64,000 nucleotides of DNA, from NCBI GenBank assembly GCA_010093815.1, contig ML996571.1, one strand, 5' to 3'. The DNA is from Pseudovirgaria hyperparasitica (lineage: Eukaryota). Shown in pieces: positions 1-14,200 of this stretch (positions are counted from its first letter, which is position 1; every line of letters begins with the position of its first letter). The position numbers and the translations under genes are program-made. Under the pieces are notes generated by a model. That model did no database searches. It was not told the DNA's origin and saw only the letters and a program-made list of their open reading frames with translations.

Positions 1-561
1 AGTGCCTTGGTTCGGACATCTACGGAGATCTACGAAGATCGTTCGGAAGTCAATGTCGCGTGGCATTTACTTAATACTTCACGCGAAATAGCATGCCAAA
101 TGCACGACATATGCTGTACTCGTTTTGGCAGACTTGTAAATAAGCATTCTCTGTCGAGAGTCAGAATTCACGAGACAAACAGGTACAGGTTGACCTTCAA
201 TGACACATCTTACGTATATATAGCCTGACAGAGTATTTTTGATACTGGTTGGCTCAACTTGCTTCAAGCCCTACGGAGAGACAACACGGGAGACGTAAAA
301 TGGATGGCTGCGTCAAGTTGTACACACGCGATGAGCATATAACCCCGTAAGTGGGTCGGCGTGAGCAAAGCGATGACATTAAACAGGCTGTAAGCGGAAA
401 CAATTAGGGTAGAATGCCGACGTGTCATTAGTATGTAGATCTTCGGAGTCTCCTCTCATGACTGATTGGGGGACAGGGAAGACATCAGGCGTAGGCTTGT
501 AATTACTGTAAAATGGTCAAGATGAATCACAACTCCACTAGGCTACGAGAACGATCCCAGA

Positions 562-2042
562 TCAATGTCGCAGTTGGTGATCGTCCCTTCGTCGGTCATA
601 GTCTCTGTCACGGTCACGTCGACGACTATCTCGATCTCGATGTCTGCTACGCTCCCGCCTTCGGTCATCATAACGTCTCTCGCTACTTCTGTCCCTCTGC
701 CTGAAGCTCGAATGCCTTTCGCGATCTTCTTCTCTACCGACTGTTCGCCGCCGAGGACTTCGGCTCCTCGAAGGCATCCGCGTATTCCTCTCAGGACTTC
801 TTCCTTGCGTATTTCCTGGTCTGCCCTGATTGACCATAATGCCGTAGCCACTGCCCCTCTGCTTGGGCGTAATATGTGTTTTGTACTGCGTTTTCTGCTC
901 CAGAGCATCCAAGCCTCCAAAGCCAGGTCCCGCATGCTTTTTCCTCTTGGCGTTGGTAGCCGTACGCCACGTATCCGAAAGTCGACTGACACTCTGTGAG
1001 AAATCTACGTGTATCCGGTGGTCGTCAATCAGGGTACCATCCATCTTGTGATATGCACGTTCGCAGTCTTCCTTCTCTTCGAATTCAATGAAAGCGTATT
1101 GAAGTGAGTCACCTGTTCGCTTGTCCCGTATAACCTCGCAGGACAGGATTTTACCGAAACGACTGAATATCAGTTCTAGATCTTCATCCTGTGTCACGGG
1201 GTTGAGTTTGCAAACGAATAGCACGTTTTCTGGGGGTTTGACTTCAGCGAAAGGCAGGTCGCCCATCATCTCAAGTGTAAGCGCTTGTGCGCGAGCCTCA
1301 CGCTCACGGCGCAGCTTCTCGATATTTTCCTGGTCCGCATCTGGATCAAGTCTTTCGTCGTGAGCGATACGGACTGTCGCGAGTTGCGCTGCACTCGGAA
1401 TAGGTGATTGATCGGGCTCCTGAAGGCCAGCCGGGTCGAAATAGGGGTCGTCAATGATATGCGTATGTAGAATACGGATGTCTTTCAAAGGCCTTCCAGA
1501 GTCATCCGTGAAAGCGCCGTTGATATTTTCCAAGGCATCAAAGCCTTCGATAACATTTCCAAATACTGCAGCCTTGCCGTCAAGGTATTCCAGGTTGTCC
1601 CCTAAGGTGACTATGAACTGACTCCCAGCTACACGCGTATCATCATTCTGGGGATCTGGTGCCGTCGAGAAGCTGATTGTACCTCTCTCGCTGTGCTTCA
1701 GCTTTGGGTGGAACTCTGGTGGGAAGGTCTTCTTGGTTGGGTTCGCGGGATCCAGCAATCCCCATATCGAAGAGCCGCCATCGCTATCCGCGGAGCCAGG
1801 ACCGATTGGATCACCAGTCGTGAATGAGAAATCCTTTTGTACAGAGTATATCGGTGAGTAATTGTAGTATTTGATTTTACAGAGCTTGAGAAAGCTGGAT
1901 TTGTTAGTATCTGTGAGGGCTTAATGTTCAGCGCGCGTCAACGTACAGGAACAAGAACTTACTTTTCGCAGGCCTTCGGCGCTTGGTCCACAAGCAGATC
2001 AACTACAAGATCTCCAGCTGAAGTTTCGAGTAGCACACTCAT
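562..2042 (-). CDS. PPIL4: Peptidyl-prolyl cis-trans isomerase-like 4 (cyclophilin + RRM + RD/RS-rich tail)
   Basis: ATG at 2042 ([16 protein letters not shown]) and intron ~1895-1962 (GTAAGT..CAG) join to [11 protein letters not shown]. Cyclophilin [26 protein letters not shown]...SLQYAFIEF; Arg/Asp tail. Confidence 0.93.
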
Positions 2043-4952
2043 TATGATGCTGGAATCCCGTTCTTGGCTGCGGTGAGGAATCTAAGTTTGCTGTTTGTCA
2101 ATCCATCGTTCACGCTAGCTCGTTCGGCCGGAGAGCTTGGAGCACCGCCACAGAATTTTGCCAGCCTTCTACGCCACCCTTTGAGTAAAACAACACGACA
2201 TACCATGGCGCATCCCCCATACTCTTCTAACACCGAGTCAGGCACTTCTCACATCTTTACTTCTCTTTAACCCCCACTGTTTCTGAGCCAAAAAGACTTA
2301 CGGCTACCCAGAAATCGGCTACCCAGCAGGGATCTTGCGCGACACAAACATTCAACGCACTTCAGTGTGAAACAAGACAGTATAACGGTATTGGCTGGGG
2401 TACTATGTCCATTTCCGACACTATCTACAGGTACCTACTACTACCCCAATTACTGTCCTCCTAGGAACGCGATCAGAGTGCTTCTTTGATCTCTGTAACG
2501 CTAAGACTGATGAACAAGCGTCCACACAAGACGAGGGAGCCGGCCTTCCGATATCAGTCTTGAGCATCGCCGACGTGATCTTCGACGTGAATAACGGCAT
2601 CGGGGCCCTATTACTTCCCACAATGCTCAGTATCCACATCTGCATCACACCTGTTCGTCTGGCGAAGGACCTGCAGCACTCCGTTTCTAGCCTGTCAAGG
2701 GTCCACGATTCCACGCATGTACCCGTAGGGGATTGCACAAGAGCTGTAAGTCAGTGAACCATCTTTTTGATTCAGAAGAACAACGTGAAAGGGTTCATGA
2801 TCCAATATGACCTTCTCTTTTTCTTCTTCGCATCTAGCGTGCTTGGCAATACTCTTGTCGTCTCCTCGGTTTTCTATCAAGTAGTGTGGATCAACTTTTC
2901 GTCACACAACTGCACTACCCTACTTATGCCCTACATAGGAGCAGATAGCATGTATGTCTTCTCCTGATTCGTTTCAGCCTCCTGTTTGTTATCGGTTTAG
3001 TCAAAAAAGCCCTGGACAGCATTGCCGCCCCACGACCAGAGTAACGATGTTTCATCACTGGTTGGGTAGAATACACACAAGTAAAGCCTGGCCCTTTGTC
3101 GATTACAGCTCATACGTGCTCAAACACACAAGATCGACCAAGGATCTATCGATGCGTGTGCAACAACGTTCTATCTTTTTTCAAACTGAATGGACATCCA
3201 AATACACGTTCTTTACGATGCTGCTTTGCATAGCGCCCTTCTATAGCGGGAAGACCTTCTTGGGGTCTTTGAAACCCTTCCTACAGATATATACACCGCT
3301 TCTCGTTCCACACTCAATTCAAACATGCTCACCGTAAGGCTGTAATTCGAATCGCTCTTGGCTCGGGGATATGTCGCTGACCTTCCCGGTGTATCAGTGC
3401 AAACGCCACGGGTGGGCCTCTACTCAATCCTGTAGACTGTATCATCATCGAGCTTTGTACGTTCCTCACTCATCACTTTTGACCGTTTTCCATGACCAAA
3501 CAAGTAGACCTCCAGCCCCGTTAGCGCGGGAATCATCATCAAACAGGATCTGTCGTATGTAGGACTTCCTCAATATGTATGAGACATCGCACGGCTCCAA
3601 ACGATAGTATGCTAGAGCGTGCCCCTGCCGATGCACATCCCTACCACGTACAGCCTGTGGGCGAGAGGGTGGTCTACTAGGTTTCTTTTGTCCGCCAACC
3701 TCTCAGATCCAACCAAGCGCCTGTCAGAACGTAGCTAACTCAGCTGAAAAACAGCTTCTCATATGCAGCACAACAGCGGGACTTGTCATTCTGCGCCGGT
3801 GCCGCCCAGACTGGATGTTGGCAACGCACCCACCCCTCGGGCCCACTTGCCCTGTTGTGCAAGATTCGAGATTTACAAAGAGCCCAACCTATTTGTATTA
3901 TGCCTCCTACTATGGCTGATTCTCCTCGGATCTGCATAGCAAATCATACATGTTCAATGTTCTTGTACTGGCTTGAGCTTTCGCACTCGGATACCATGAC
4001 TACTGCATGGATTGTTCGGCGCACAAACTTGAGCTCGATACCACGGAACCGAATTTTCATACAAGCTATGCAACCTACGCATACGTGTCCTACGCAGTCT
4101 GTTCTCTTCCCCTCTCTGTACTCCAGAAGACACAAACATCAACGCTCTTATGACATGTGCAGCTCATTCGAGAGCAATTGACTTTGATCGTACTTTCGCG
4201 TCCAGATTAGCACGAACCTTCACAGCAGGACTCTGGAAGTTTCATGTTGCTATCATAATGTTCTGTCAATAGTAAGCTCTTCGGTAGATATTGCTCACAT
4301 CGTAGAGGGTGTTTGGCTCTGTCTATGTCGAATGGTCGACGAATTCTTATCCGGAGCTATTCCCGCGCATCGTAGAACGTTGCACTTTTGGAACACGGAC
4401 ATGATTTGCTTACCAGGTAAAGACCCTCAGTATGAGGCCACCACTTTAAACGCATTCTCATTCGGTTGAGCGATTGTCACTCAATGCAAAGGTCCGTTCC
4501 GTTGTATGCTGATTGAACAAAGCTCTGTCAGACGAAGTAGAGGACCATTATGTACCAACACAAATCGTCTACAAAAGTATATCTCAACCGTTGGCTGGTG
4601 TGAACTCCTTTCACTAGACAAAGTCTCCTCAGCCCGAAGCAAACAATACTGCGAACAAACTCTGGGCTGCTCCAGCTCGATGTAGGATAGCGACACCGGC
4701 TATGATATAGAGCAAGCATATTTGATAGCACTGATCCCCAGGCTCTCCACAACGCTTACCCCAGTCGTGATCGTACTGCTTCCAGCTTCGGCACGCAAGC
4801 AACCGCCCCTCTTACCCTTCAGAATATCAAGTGAGCTTTTCCCCTGACATAAGGTCACCCGACTATTTTTAGCCAACGTACGCTCTGGCCACCACTTGGG
4901 AGAGAGAGTTCAGGTTTCGTTGGATTCTGTCCAAATTCTAACATCGTTTCAG

Positions 4953-6371
4953 ATGATGGCCAGTGTGGACTCGTTTTCTCGGTTTGGTCATGTTCCTAGC
5001 CATATGGCCTCCCATGGTCAATATCATTATTTTCATCCGAACGACTACAAATCTGTAGATATCAACCACTCGCCGTTCTCCAGCCAAAGTCAGAGTCCTC
5101 TTCATTACTGGTACCCTTCACTTGGTTTCCCAATGAATAGTCCTGAAGATACTGACGGTCATACGCGACGCCGGGTCGCAATGGCAGTGAGTAAAGCTAT
5201 ATCACTGTTTTGGCAGACCTCTGTGTTCAGCCCGATCGTCGGGGTTTTTACTGACAGTATATACAGTGCGGTCGCTGTCGTAAAAGAAAGATTCGCTGTG
5301 GTGGTGAACACAGAAGTGGCCAACCATGCTCAACTTGTGTCGCAGCAAGTGTTGGGGATGACTGCCAATTCATTCGGAGTGGAGCGGTAAGATAGTAAAA
5401 TCGAGACCAGAAGCAGCTCATTGAGTGATGGAATAGATCACAGTAGATATACAGAGCGATGACACGACAAGAGCATCAGGTCACGAAGAATCCGCCAATG
5501 CTGACCTACCCACGGATTATTCTTCTGGGGGTATCTCTCACGGCGTATCAACAACAGGTTATCAAGGATACTGTCACGAGACTGAATCTCGATCCCGGAT
5601 GGAGGGCTGTTACGATCGCTACGCTACCCCTAGCTACAGCACGCCAGCTGCAGCTTCAGTAATGCCTCAGCGAGCTCAAGACAGTTTGACAGATCCTTCC
5701 AAAGATCCTGGCGGCGATATGAGTACTCAACGTTGCGCAATCATCGATAACATGTCTCTGCAAGCTCTATGTCCACCTTCAGCAGGACGCCCGGGTAGTG
5801 ACAGACTCCACCTCCCTCCGCCAGCAGCCTCAGCTGCTCCTTCAATTGCGTCCTTCTCGCAAAGCTTCGGCTTCACCTCTGGCTACTCTGCTCAACCACC
5901 TGTATACACAGCTCCTATAACTGTAACCCATCAAGAGTCTTACAGCAGACATCAAAATTATGGATATGCAGGTGCTCCTCCAACCGGATTACCACCACAT
6001 GGCCCTAGGGCCGATATGAGTACCCAAGGCCAAGCCTTCGTACCGGAATCATCAGTACAGTATGCAGATTTTACGACAGGCAGGAACTCTGGTAAGCTAC
6101 CATAGGGTTTGACCTCGTATCATGCTTATGAACACCAGACTACTCATCGCGATCTGAGCCATCAAGTGGCTACCATTTCTCCACATCGAATAGTCCTCTG
6201 ACGACTTCACTTACTGCAGTGCACAACCATCCCCTGCTCGGTACTGGCCGCGAATACTATCCGGTATCAGAAGCACCCGCAACGTATACACAAGTCGATC
6301 AAGAGCACGATATGGCTTACAAGTACTCTCGAAACCATAGTACTCATCCCCAATCGCGTCCAACATTGTAG
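4953..6371 (+). CDS. Zn(II)2Cys6 fungal transcription factor (4 exons)
   Basis: Splicing out 5187-5266, 5387-5436 and 6092-6138 gives one open frame with RRRVAMA-CGRCRKRKIRCGGEHRSGQPCSTCVAASVGDDCQF (six-Cys binuclear cluster) and a Ser/Pro/Tyr-rich C-terminus. Upstream UTR exons are possible. Confidence 0.82.
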
Positions 6372-7749
6372 GTAGCGTGGTATGCTTACAGAGGTATTAT
6401 AAACCTCCATCCAGCACATATTGCCCCATCAAGGCTGTCTCCAGACTCCCACTTGGACATTCACGGGATTCCACTATCAAAGCAGCCTTGGATCTTCGTC
6501 ATGACTCTCCTTTCTGAATCGCATGTTGGTCCCATTCATTAGCATTTTGATGGACATTGCATCCAGGTATCCTGCTTTGGTGTTATGGAGATGTTGTATA
6601 ATTATCATTAATTTCAGTATGTATTACCACTAGGGATAGGGAGAGTTTGTTCTCGTGCTTCTACAACGAACTCATGATCATTTGGCGGCATTGGGATGTT
6701 GCTTCGAATCGAAGCACTATGTACGGGTAAAAGTGATTTATTGCCTTTTGAATAGAAGAATGGAATATAGCTTCTCGGTCGTATCATAGAGAACTTTGAT
6801 ATCAGGAAGATGCGGTATTGATCTAGTATTGGGATCTAATTGCCTGTTATACTAGCCTGCATTCCACTTTGTCGGATATTGCAGACCACGTAATAAGCCC
6901 ATAACGAAGCAATTTCACCAAGAGTATTGCTAAGTAGTGCGTGTCTCAAGCCATTAGTTTACCATAAGTTCCTAGCATCCTCGTGTGCGTTGTATTTAAT
7001 TCTGTCCTTAACAACTGTCAAAAGTCCCGTATAATGATAGAATTTTCAAGGCACACATATTCGCGTAAAGGGAGGAATATTCGTTTTCTTTGCTAATGAA
7101 TACAATCTGCATTCCGTTGGTGACTTAGCCTGGCATGCACCGTGGCAAGAACCTGTGACCAACGGATGGGTTACCTACACCTGCTTACGATACCAACTCT
7201 GCATTGTTTGAGACGACCTAGCTGACACTTGATTCAAAGCCCATCCCTTTTGAGTTGCTCGACCTGTATTGAGATACTTCGCTCATAGACCCATGGTTCT
7301 GACGGCTCCTGATGTGTGTATACATTATTCTTCTACCTTGAGACTTTGCATCCTCCCGCACATCGGTTTTGTGCACTTGCTCTATTGGCTCCTATACTAT
7401 GCGAGCTTCACTAAAGCATGAAGATATCTGTGACAGCACCAGTAGCGAGCTAATGATCAACACTTGCTTAGACCATTCGTTCCTGTGGATGTAGAATCGG
7501 GAAGATCACTCATCAGCAGTCGAAATGATATACGATACTGTCTGTTCATCGTGAATGGTCCGCTCAAGAACATGCATTGCAATTCTTGAATGCAGGCGGC
7601 AGTGTCATCGAGCTTGAAAAGGATACCGTGAATACATGTCCTTGGAACAAGTGCCGTGATTCCAGCACATATATGACAGATAACTCCTACAGCCCCCATA
7701 CAGCGCTGACTATCTTTCCTCAACTGCCGCAAATCATCGATACGTTATC

Positions 7750-8456
7750 ATGTCTTCTCAACACGATCTGTACCAAATCAAATTCAATATTATCTCCTTC
7801 CTGGGACCCATTGACTCTTGGGTAAGTCTACGCAGCAAAAGTATAGGAGAGACTCAGGTGCTGATACTCCGTAGCCCGACTTCTTTCGCCAAAACCTCCG
7901 CGATGTAACTCTATTCCTTCCAAGGATGTGCCGCCCAGTGTTCCGATCTCTTCGCGGTGAACAACACGGCCAGAACGGACTCGACCTCAATCTTACGAAC
8001 CTCGAACTGGTCGCAGGTATGAAGTATTACCTCTGTTCCCTGCGTGGTCTTCTCCGAGAAGTTCGCGAAGTAAAGATCAGACCCGATCGTGGACCTAATC
8101 CCGTGGTGAATGCACAAATTGAGCGATGGGCGGCGTCATGGAGACTGGTTGAACCTCCGACGCTTGAGCTTGGTCTCTTGAGAGGTTGTATGGCAGCAAC
8201 AGAGGACATAGAGTTCCTGGAGCGTATATTGAATGGTGAAATCGATCCAAGGGGCGGTATATTGTCAAGGCGCACACACCATACTGGATCACCCCTGCGG
8301 GCCGCGGGTAGTGGTGAAGAGCAGAGGCCAAACCAGAGGACAGAAGGACCAGGGCGGTCAAATGAGGGTCCAGTGGAAGGTCGGTTTGGAGGACATTTCG
8401 ACGGCAATGAGCTCATTCTGGATTACTTGACGTTTGTTATACCTCGTACTGAGTAG
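7750..8456 (+). CDS. Hypothetical protein (~217 aa)
   Basis: ATG at 7750 (MSSQHDLYQIKFNIISFLGPIDSW) and a canonical intron 7822-7874 (GTAAGT..GCTGAT..TAG) join in frame to the ORF ending at 8456. No motif recognised. Confidence 0.55.
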
Positions 8457-8886
8457 AGGCTGGGTTGAGAACTTGATTTGTGACAGCCAAAGCTGATGAT
8501 ACGTCACTTTAAGGGCATGTCTAGGCTAACGTAACAACCCACAAGCAATATATGAGCCTCTATTGCCTCTTTGTTGTTCAGCCGTGTGCCCTAGGGTCTC
8601 CGGTCGAGACCTTTATATTTATGGCTGACCATATCTCAGACCCTCAGCGGACCCGGAATAGCAAAGCAAGCTTAGGACTATCCTGCTTAGGCCCAGATAC
8701 GTGTGGCCACCAAGCATAAATTGTTATCGTACGACGGCAAAATCGTCTCCATAACGCCCTAACCACAAGGTCTAAAGATCACTTGGTCGCAACAAGTATC
8801 GGAAGTCACCCCTTGCAATACTGACAAACGTCTTCTAAAAATGCTCACAGGGTATGTGAAACGGGTATCATTAGAAAATGCAATTT

Positions 8887-10586
8887 TCAATCTGCGCGCC
8901 GTCGTTTGGTGCCGTTTGGAGCTTTAGATATCCCGTTGATTGCGGCTTTCCTGCCACCTGCCGTGTCGTCTGCGTTTTCCACAGCTTCAGCTTCATTCAT
9001 CCACTGCTGGCCTCGCCCAGGACTCTTGCGGCGATACTGGCCTGTCCCAATCGCTATAACTTCGTCCTCGCTATCGCTGGCGTCAAGGTCCAATAGGACT
9101 GGCATCCGGAACTCTCCTGGATTGAAATCGGCTTTTCCGGGATCAATCGTCAGCACGTCCACCTCTTCATCTTCTTGATCAAGTCGACGTTTATGCAACT
9201 CCTCTAAAGGTTGTATGTCGAATTCATCTTCCCTCTCCACATATTCGACGTTCTCTTCGACCTCGTGGAAATCAGGAGCCAGGGCAGACCAGCGTTGTGG
9301 CGTCAGCAGAGACCATATGAAGATGGGACCAGATTCAGCGCCCACAGCGGCGACAAATGGACGATGTGGATGCCACTGTCGATCGTTAGCTTGCGGTGTT
9401 TGGTTCCGACGAAAAAGGCTCTCACCTCGACCACAGATAGCTCCTCCTTGGGGCCTTCCAGAATCTTGACGAGACTACCATGCCTTCTTTCCCAGATATA
9501 AACGTCGTGATTCATGTAGGTGGAAGCTGTAACATAGTCGCCAGTAGCACTGAAGCAAACGTGGTTCCAAGAAAGTCGATTCACAAGATCCTGGAATTTG
9601 TGCTCAACCTCAATCCGGAGATTGTCAAAATCGGTCTTGGGATCTGTGAAATCAGGTAAATGGACAGTACGAATTATTCTGTCGCTGGAATTGATAACCA
9701 TATCTCGACCGGAGGCTGTCAGCCGGATGAACACGATGAGATTTGAAGACAGATGCGTTGAGTGTACGATCTGTCTCGACCTTGTGTCAATGACATTTAG
9801 CCAGCCTCTTGAGGTTCCAGCTAGAACGTGTTCACCAGATGAGCTCCACACTGCGACAGTGGTTGTTTGTTTTTCGTCTAATGTTTGTTGCCTTGTACTA
9901 AGCTTTTCCCACTCTGCTTGTGATCGTTTCGGGACCGAAGGAAGAGTGCACTTCTTTGGAATTTCGTCTGTCACATCGACTAACACGGGTTGTTGTTCGA
10001 AAAGAGCCGTTATGAACATCAGACTAAGCCATTGTTAGAAGCGGAGAGGGATATTGGAGTGATTAGTATACTGATTTGTTGGATGTATTTCTGCAATGAA
10101 GATGGGTGCCTCAAATCGTACAGATCTGATTCTCGTACCGTCCTCCAAGTCCCAGAGTATGCATTTGCAATCTTGCGATGCGCTTAGCAGGTAGCGATCA
10201 TTGCTAGACCAACTTGGCTAGGAGTCAGACTGTGCGATATTGTCTTCAGCGGCCAACAAACCTTAGAGACTGAATTTGCCGTGTGTGGCCACGCATTTTC
10301 CGAGCAACACCATTTGTTTCGATATCAAAGACCACGACGGTTCCTTCAGCCTAAGTCATGGTGTATGAGCAAGCATTCTCGCAATGAATGATGGTAAAGA
10401 TTACCCTCCCAGATGCGAGATAGTCACCGCGGTGATTGAATCGAATGCAAGATGAATGGCCGCTACCTAGGATACTGTAAGTTCACTTAAACATAGGAGA
10501 TATTCGGATCACGCACGAAGCTTTCCGGTCATAGCCTCTGGGCAGTCTTGCGCCAGCACAAAGGGATCGACTAAAGCGAGATTCAT
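8887..10586 (-). CDS. SWD1: COMPASS/Set1 complex WD40 subunit Swd1 (RBBP5 homolog)
   Basis: MNLALVDPFVLAQDCPE start; WD40 repeats; HKFQDLVNRLSWN, GSLVKILEGPKEEL and WSALAPDFHEVEENVEYVEREDEFD; several GT-AG introns. Confidence 0.93.
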
Positions 10587-11279
10587 GACTGCGCAAAGTA
10601 AATGGGCGACCGTGGCGGAGCGTCGAGCCTAGGAAGGGCGAACTGTTACTGATGAGTCTCATTACCTGCCGGTACTAGCTATGACGATGGCGACCGGGGT
10701 GACAATAATAGTTAAGAAATGGACTTTTTTGTCGTTGTCACGAACGCGACACCGGCACACGCGATGGTTGGTGGAAAGCGAGTCTGCCAAGTCACGCTAA
10801 TAATCGACAGGTATGTGCGCTGCGACGCAAGGTGGGTTATGTCAGCCGCTTCTTCGAAAGGCGCTCCCTGCGCAGAATCGCCTCTCACCAAACAAGTCTC
10901 ATCCTCAACCACCAACTTTCCATCCCGGACGTCTTAATCCTGTCTGCCGATCGTTGTGGCAGTTGCAGGCAGCGCCTCAACTTCATCGGTTTCGTCTGAC
11001 AGCGCGCATTCGGATCTCGCCCACGGTGTCACGTCACGATCTCCCAATCCTTCAAGTCGCCAGGCGACAGCCCGCGCGACCCGCGCTTTCTAACGGCAAC
11101 ATTCATTCACACGCCTAATATTCGATCGATACGATCATAGTAGAGGAGTATTATAGCGGCGAGGGAGTGAGAAGGTGGATTATTGTTGGGTGAAGGGATT
11201 CGCATACGGCACTCGGAAACGCGCTTTGTTGCGCCTATACAGATCGTCTCACAACCGTCAAAAACGATAGTGCTTCATC

Positions 11280-14200
11280 ATGGCGAACATGAATTTCAGT
11301 TTTTCTAGCGCGCCCCTGCGCCCCATCAGGGAGATTCAGTTCGGGTTGCTGTCTCCTGATGAGATTAAAAACATGAGTGTTCAACACATCGAGTATCCGG
11401 AGACTATGGTATGAGCAATTGTACACATGCATGCACAAATTACTCACTGTCACATAGGACGATGAGAAACATCGACCACGTGAAAGAGGACTTAACGACC
11501 CAAAGCTCGGCTCGATCGACCGCTCCTTCTCTTGCGCTACCTGCAATGAAAACATGCAAGAGTGCCCGGGCCATTTTGGTCACATCGAGCTAGCGGTTCC
11601 CGTCTTTCATGTTGGTATGCGGTCCTTGGCCCTATCAATTTCAGTCGTAAGCCCTATTAACACGCTTTTTAGGCTTCATCACGAAGATCAAAAAAATCCT
11701 CGAGACTGTTTGCCACAATTGCGGCAAAATAAAAGCTGATGAGAACAAAGAAGACTGGAAGCAGGCTGTGCGGTTACGAGATCCAAGGCGTCGCTTCAAT
11801 GCGATTTGGAACTGTTCTAAGGCTCGCAAAGTCTGTGAGACTGACGCTGAAGATGAAGACCCCAAAAAACCCAGGATACAGCATGGGGGATGCGGCAATC
11901 TTCAGCCTGAGATTCGAAAGGAGGGACTCAAACTCTTCGCGCGATTCAAGGCACCGAAATCAGAGGATGAAGAAGCCAAAGATGAGAAGAAAGAGCTGAA
12001 ACCCCAAGATGCGCTCAATGTGTTCCGTCATGTAAGTGACGAAACATTGATTCTGCTTGGGCTTAACAAGGACTGGGCTCGCCCCGAGTGGATGATCATA
12101 ACCGTCCTACCGGTACCACCACCACCCGTTCGACCCTCGATATCTGTTGATGGTACTGGACAAGGCATGCGCGGAGAGGACGATCTGACCTACAAACTTG
12201 GCGACATCATTCGAGCGAACGCTAACGTCGGAAAATGCGCGACTGACGGTTCGCCCTTGCATGTAACCAATGAATTCGAGAGTTTGCTCCAGTACCACGT
12301 TGCAACATATATGGACAACAATATTGCGGGCCAGCCTCAGGCAATGCAGAAATCTGGACGACCGGTCAAGTCAATCCGCAGCCGCTTAAAGGGTAAGGAA
12401 GGCCGTATTCGTGGCAATTTAATGGGCAAACGTGTTGACTTCTCGGCACGTACTGTCATCACGGGTGACCCTAATTTATCCCTCGATGAAGTGGGAGTCC
12501 CACGCAGTATCGCACGAACTCTCACTTACCCGGAGACTGTCACTCCTTATAACATTGCAAAATTGCATCAACTCGTCCGTAACGGCCCTAACGAACACCC
12601 TGGTGCCAAATATGTCATCAGAGACACTGGTGAGCGCATCGATCTAAGACATCACAAGCGCGCTGGAGAAATTACTCTCCAGTATGGTTGGAAAGTGGAG
12701 CGACATATCGTTGACGGAGATGTCATCATCTTCAATCGTCAGCCATCACTTCACAAGGAATCCATGATGGGTCACCGCGTCAAAGTCATGCCTTACTCAA
12801 CTTTCCGTTTGAATTTGTCTGTCACGTCTCCATACAACGCCGATTTCGACGGCGATGAGATGAACTTGCACGTACCACAGAGTGAAGAGACTAGAGCTGA
12901 GGTGATGAACCTGTGCATGGTTCCTCTCAACATCGTCTCACCACAGGCTAATCGCCCACTAATGGGTATCGTTCAGGATACATTATGCGGTATTTACAAA
13001 ATGACGCGACGTGACGTCCTGTTGACAAAGGAGCATGTGATGAACTTGCTGATGTGGGTACCCGGTTGGGACGGTGTTATTCCTCAACCGGCCATCTTCA
13101 AGCCAGCTCCAAGATGGACTGGCAAGCAGCTTATAAGTATGGCTTTGCCAGAGATCAACCTCATCAGGCGCAGCAAAGATGGATATCACCCACTCTTGGA
13201 GGACACGGCGATTCTGGTTCACCGTGGTGAGCTCGTATATGGTATGTTCAAGAAGAAGACGGTCGGAGCCTCTCACGACGGCATTATCCAGACTATTTAT
13301 AACGAGAAGGGCTGGCAAGCAGCTGTCGATTTCTTCAATGCCGCACAACGCATTGTCTGCTACTGGTTGCTTCACCATGGATTCAGTATCGGTATTGGTG
13401 ACACCGTGCCAGGCCCCGAGACTACGAAGGCGATCCAATCTGTTATCGCACAACAGAAAGGTAATGTCGAGGAGATCACAGCAAATGCTACAGCGGATCT
13501 GTTGGACCCACTTCCCGGCATGAATCTCCGTGAGACATTCGAAAGTAAGGTGTTGAAGGAGCTTAACGAGGCGCGTGACGAAGCTGGAAAGTTGGCCATG
13601 AAGAGTTTGAAAGATTTGAACAACGCCGTGCAAATGGCTGATTCAGGTTCCAAGGGTTCTTCCATCAACATCTCGCAAATGTCCGCGCTTGTGGGACAGC
13701 AGTCAGTGGAAGGCAAACGTATCCCGTTCGGGTTCAAATATCGCAGTCTGCCGCATTTCACGAAAGATGACTACTCTGCGGAAGCTCGTGGCTTTGTCGA
13801 AAACTCGTATCTTCGAGGTCTGACACCGACAGAATTCTTCTTTCACGCTATGGCTGGTCGTGAAGGTTTGATTGACACTGCGGTCAAAACCGCCGAAACT
13901 GGTTATATTCAAAGAAGATTAACGAAGGGTTTGGAAGACGTAATGGCGAAATACGACGGCACTGTCCGCAACTCGCTTGGCGATGTCGTGCAATTCACTT
14001 ATGGTGAGGATGGGCTTGATGGAGTCTCCATTGAGGCTCAGTCAACCGACGTTGTCACCATAGCTGATAAGCAATTCGAGAGGATGTGCAAGGTCGACTG
14101 CATGGATCCTGACCTCAAGCTCTCTTCTAATGTACTGGAAATGGCTAGCGAGCTCGATGGCAACCTTGAAGTCCAATCCATGTTTGATGAAGAATGGGAG

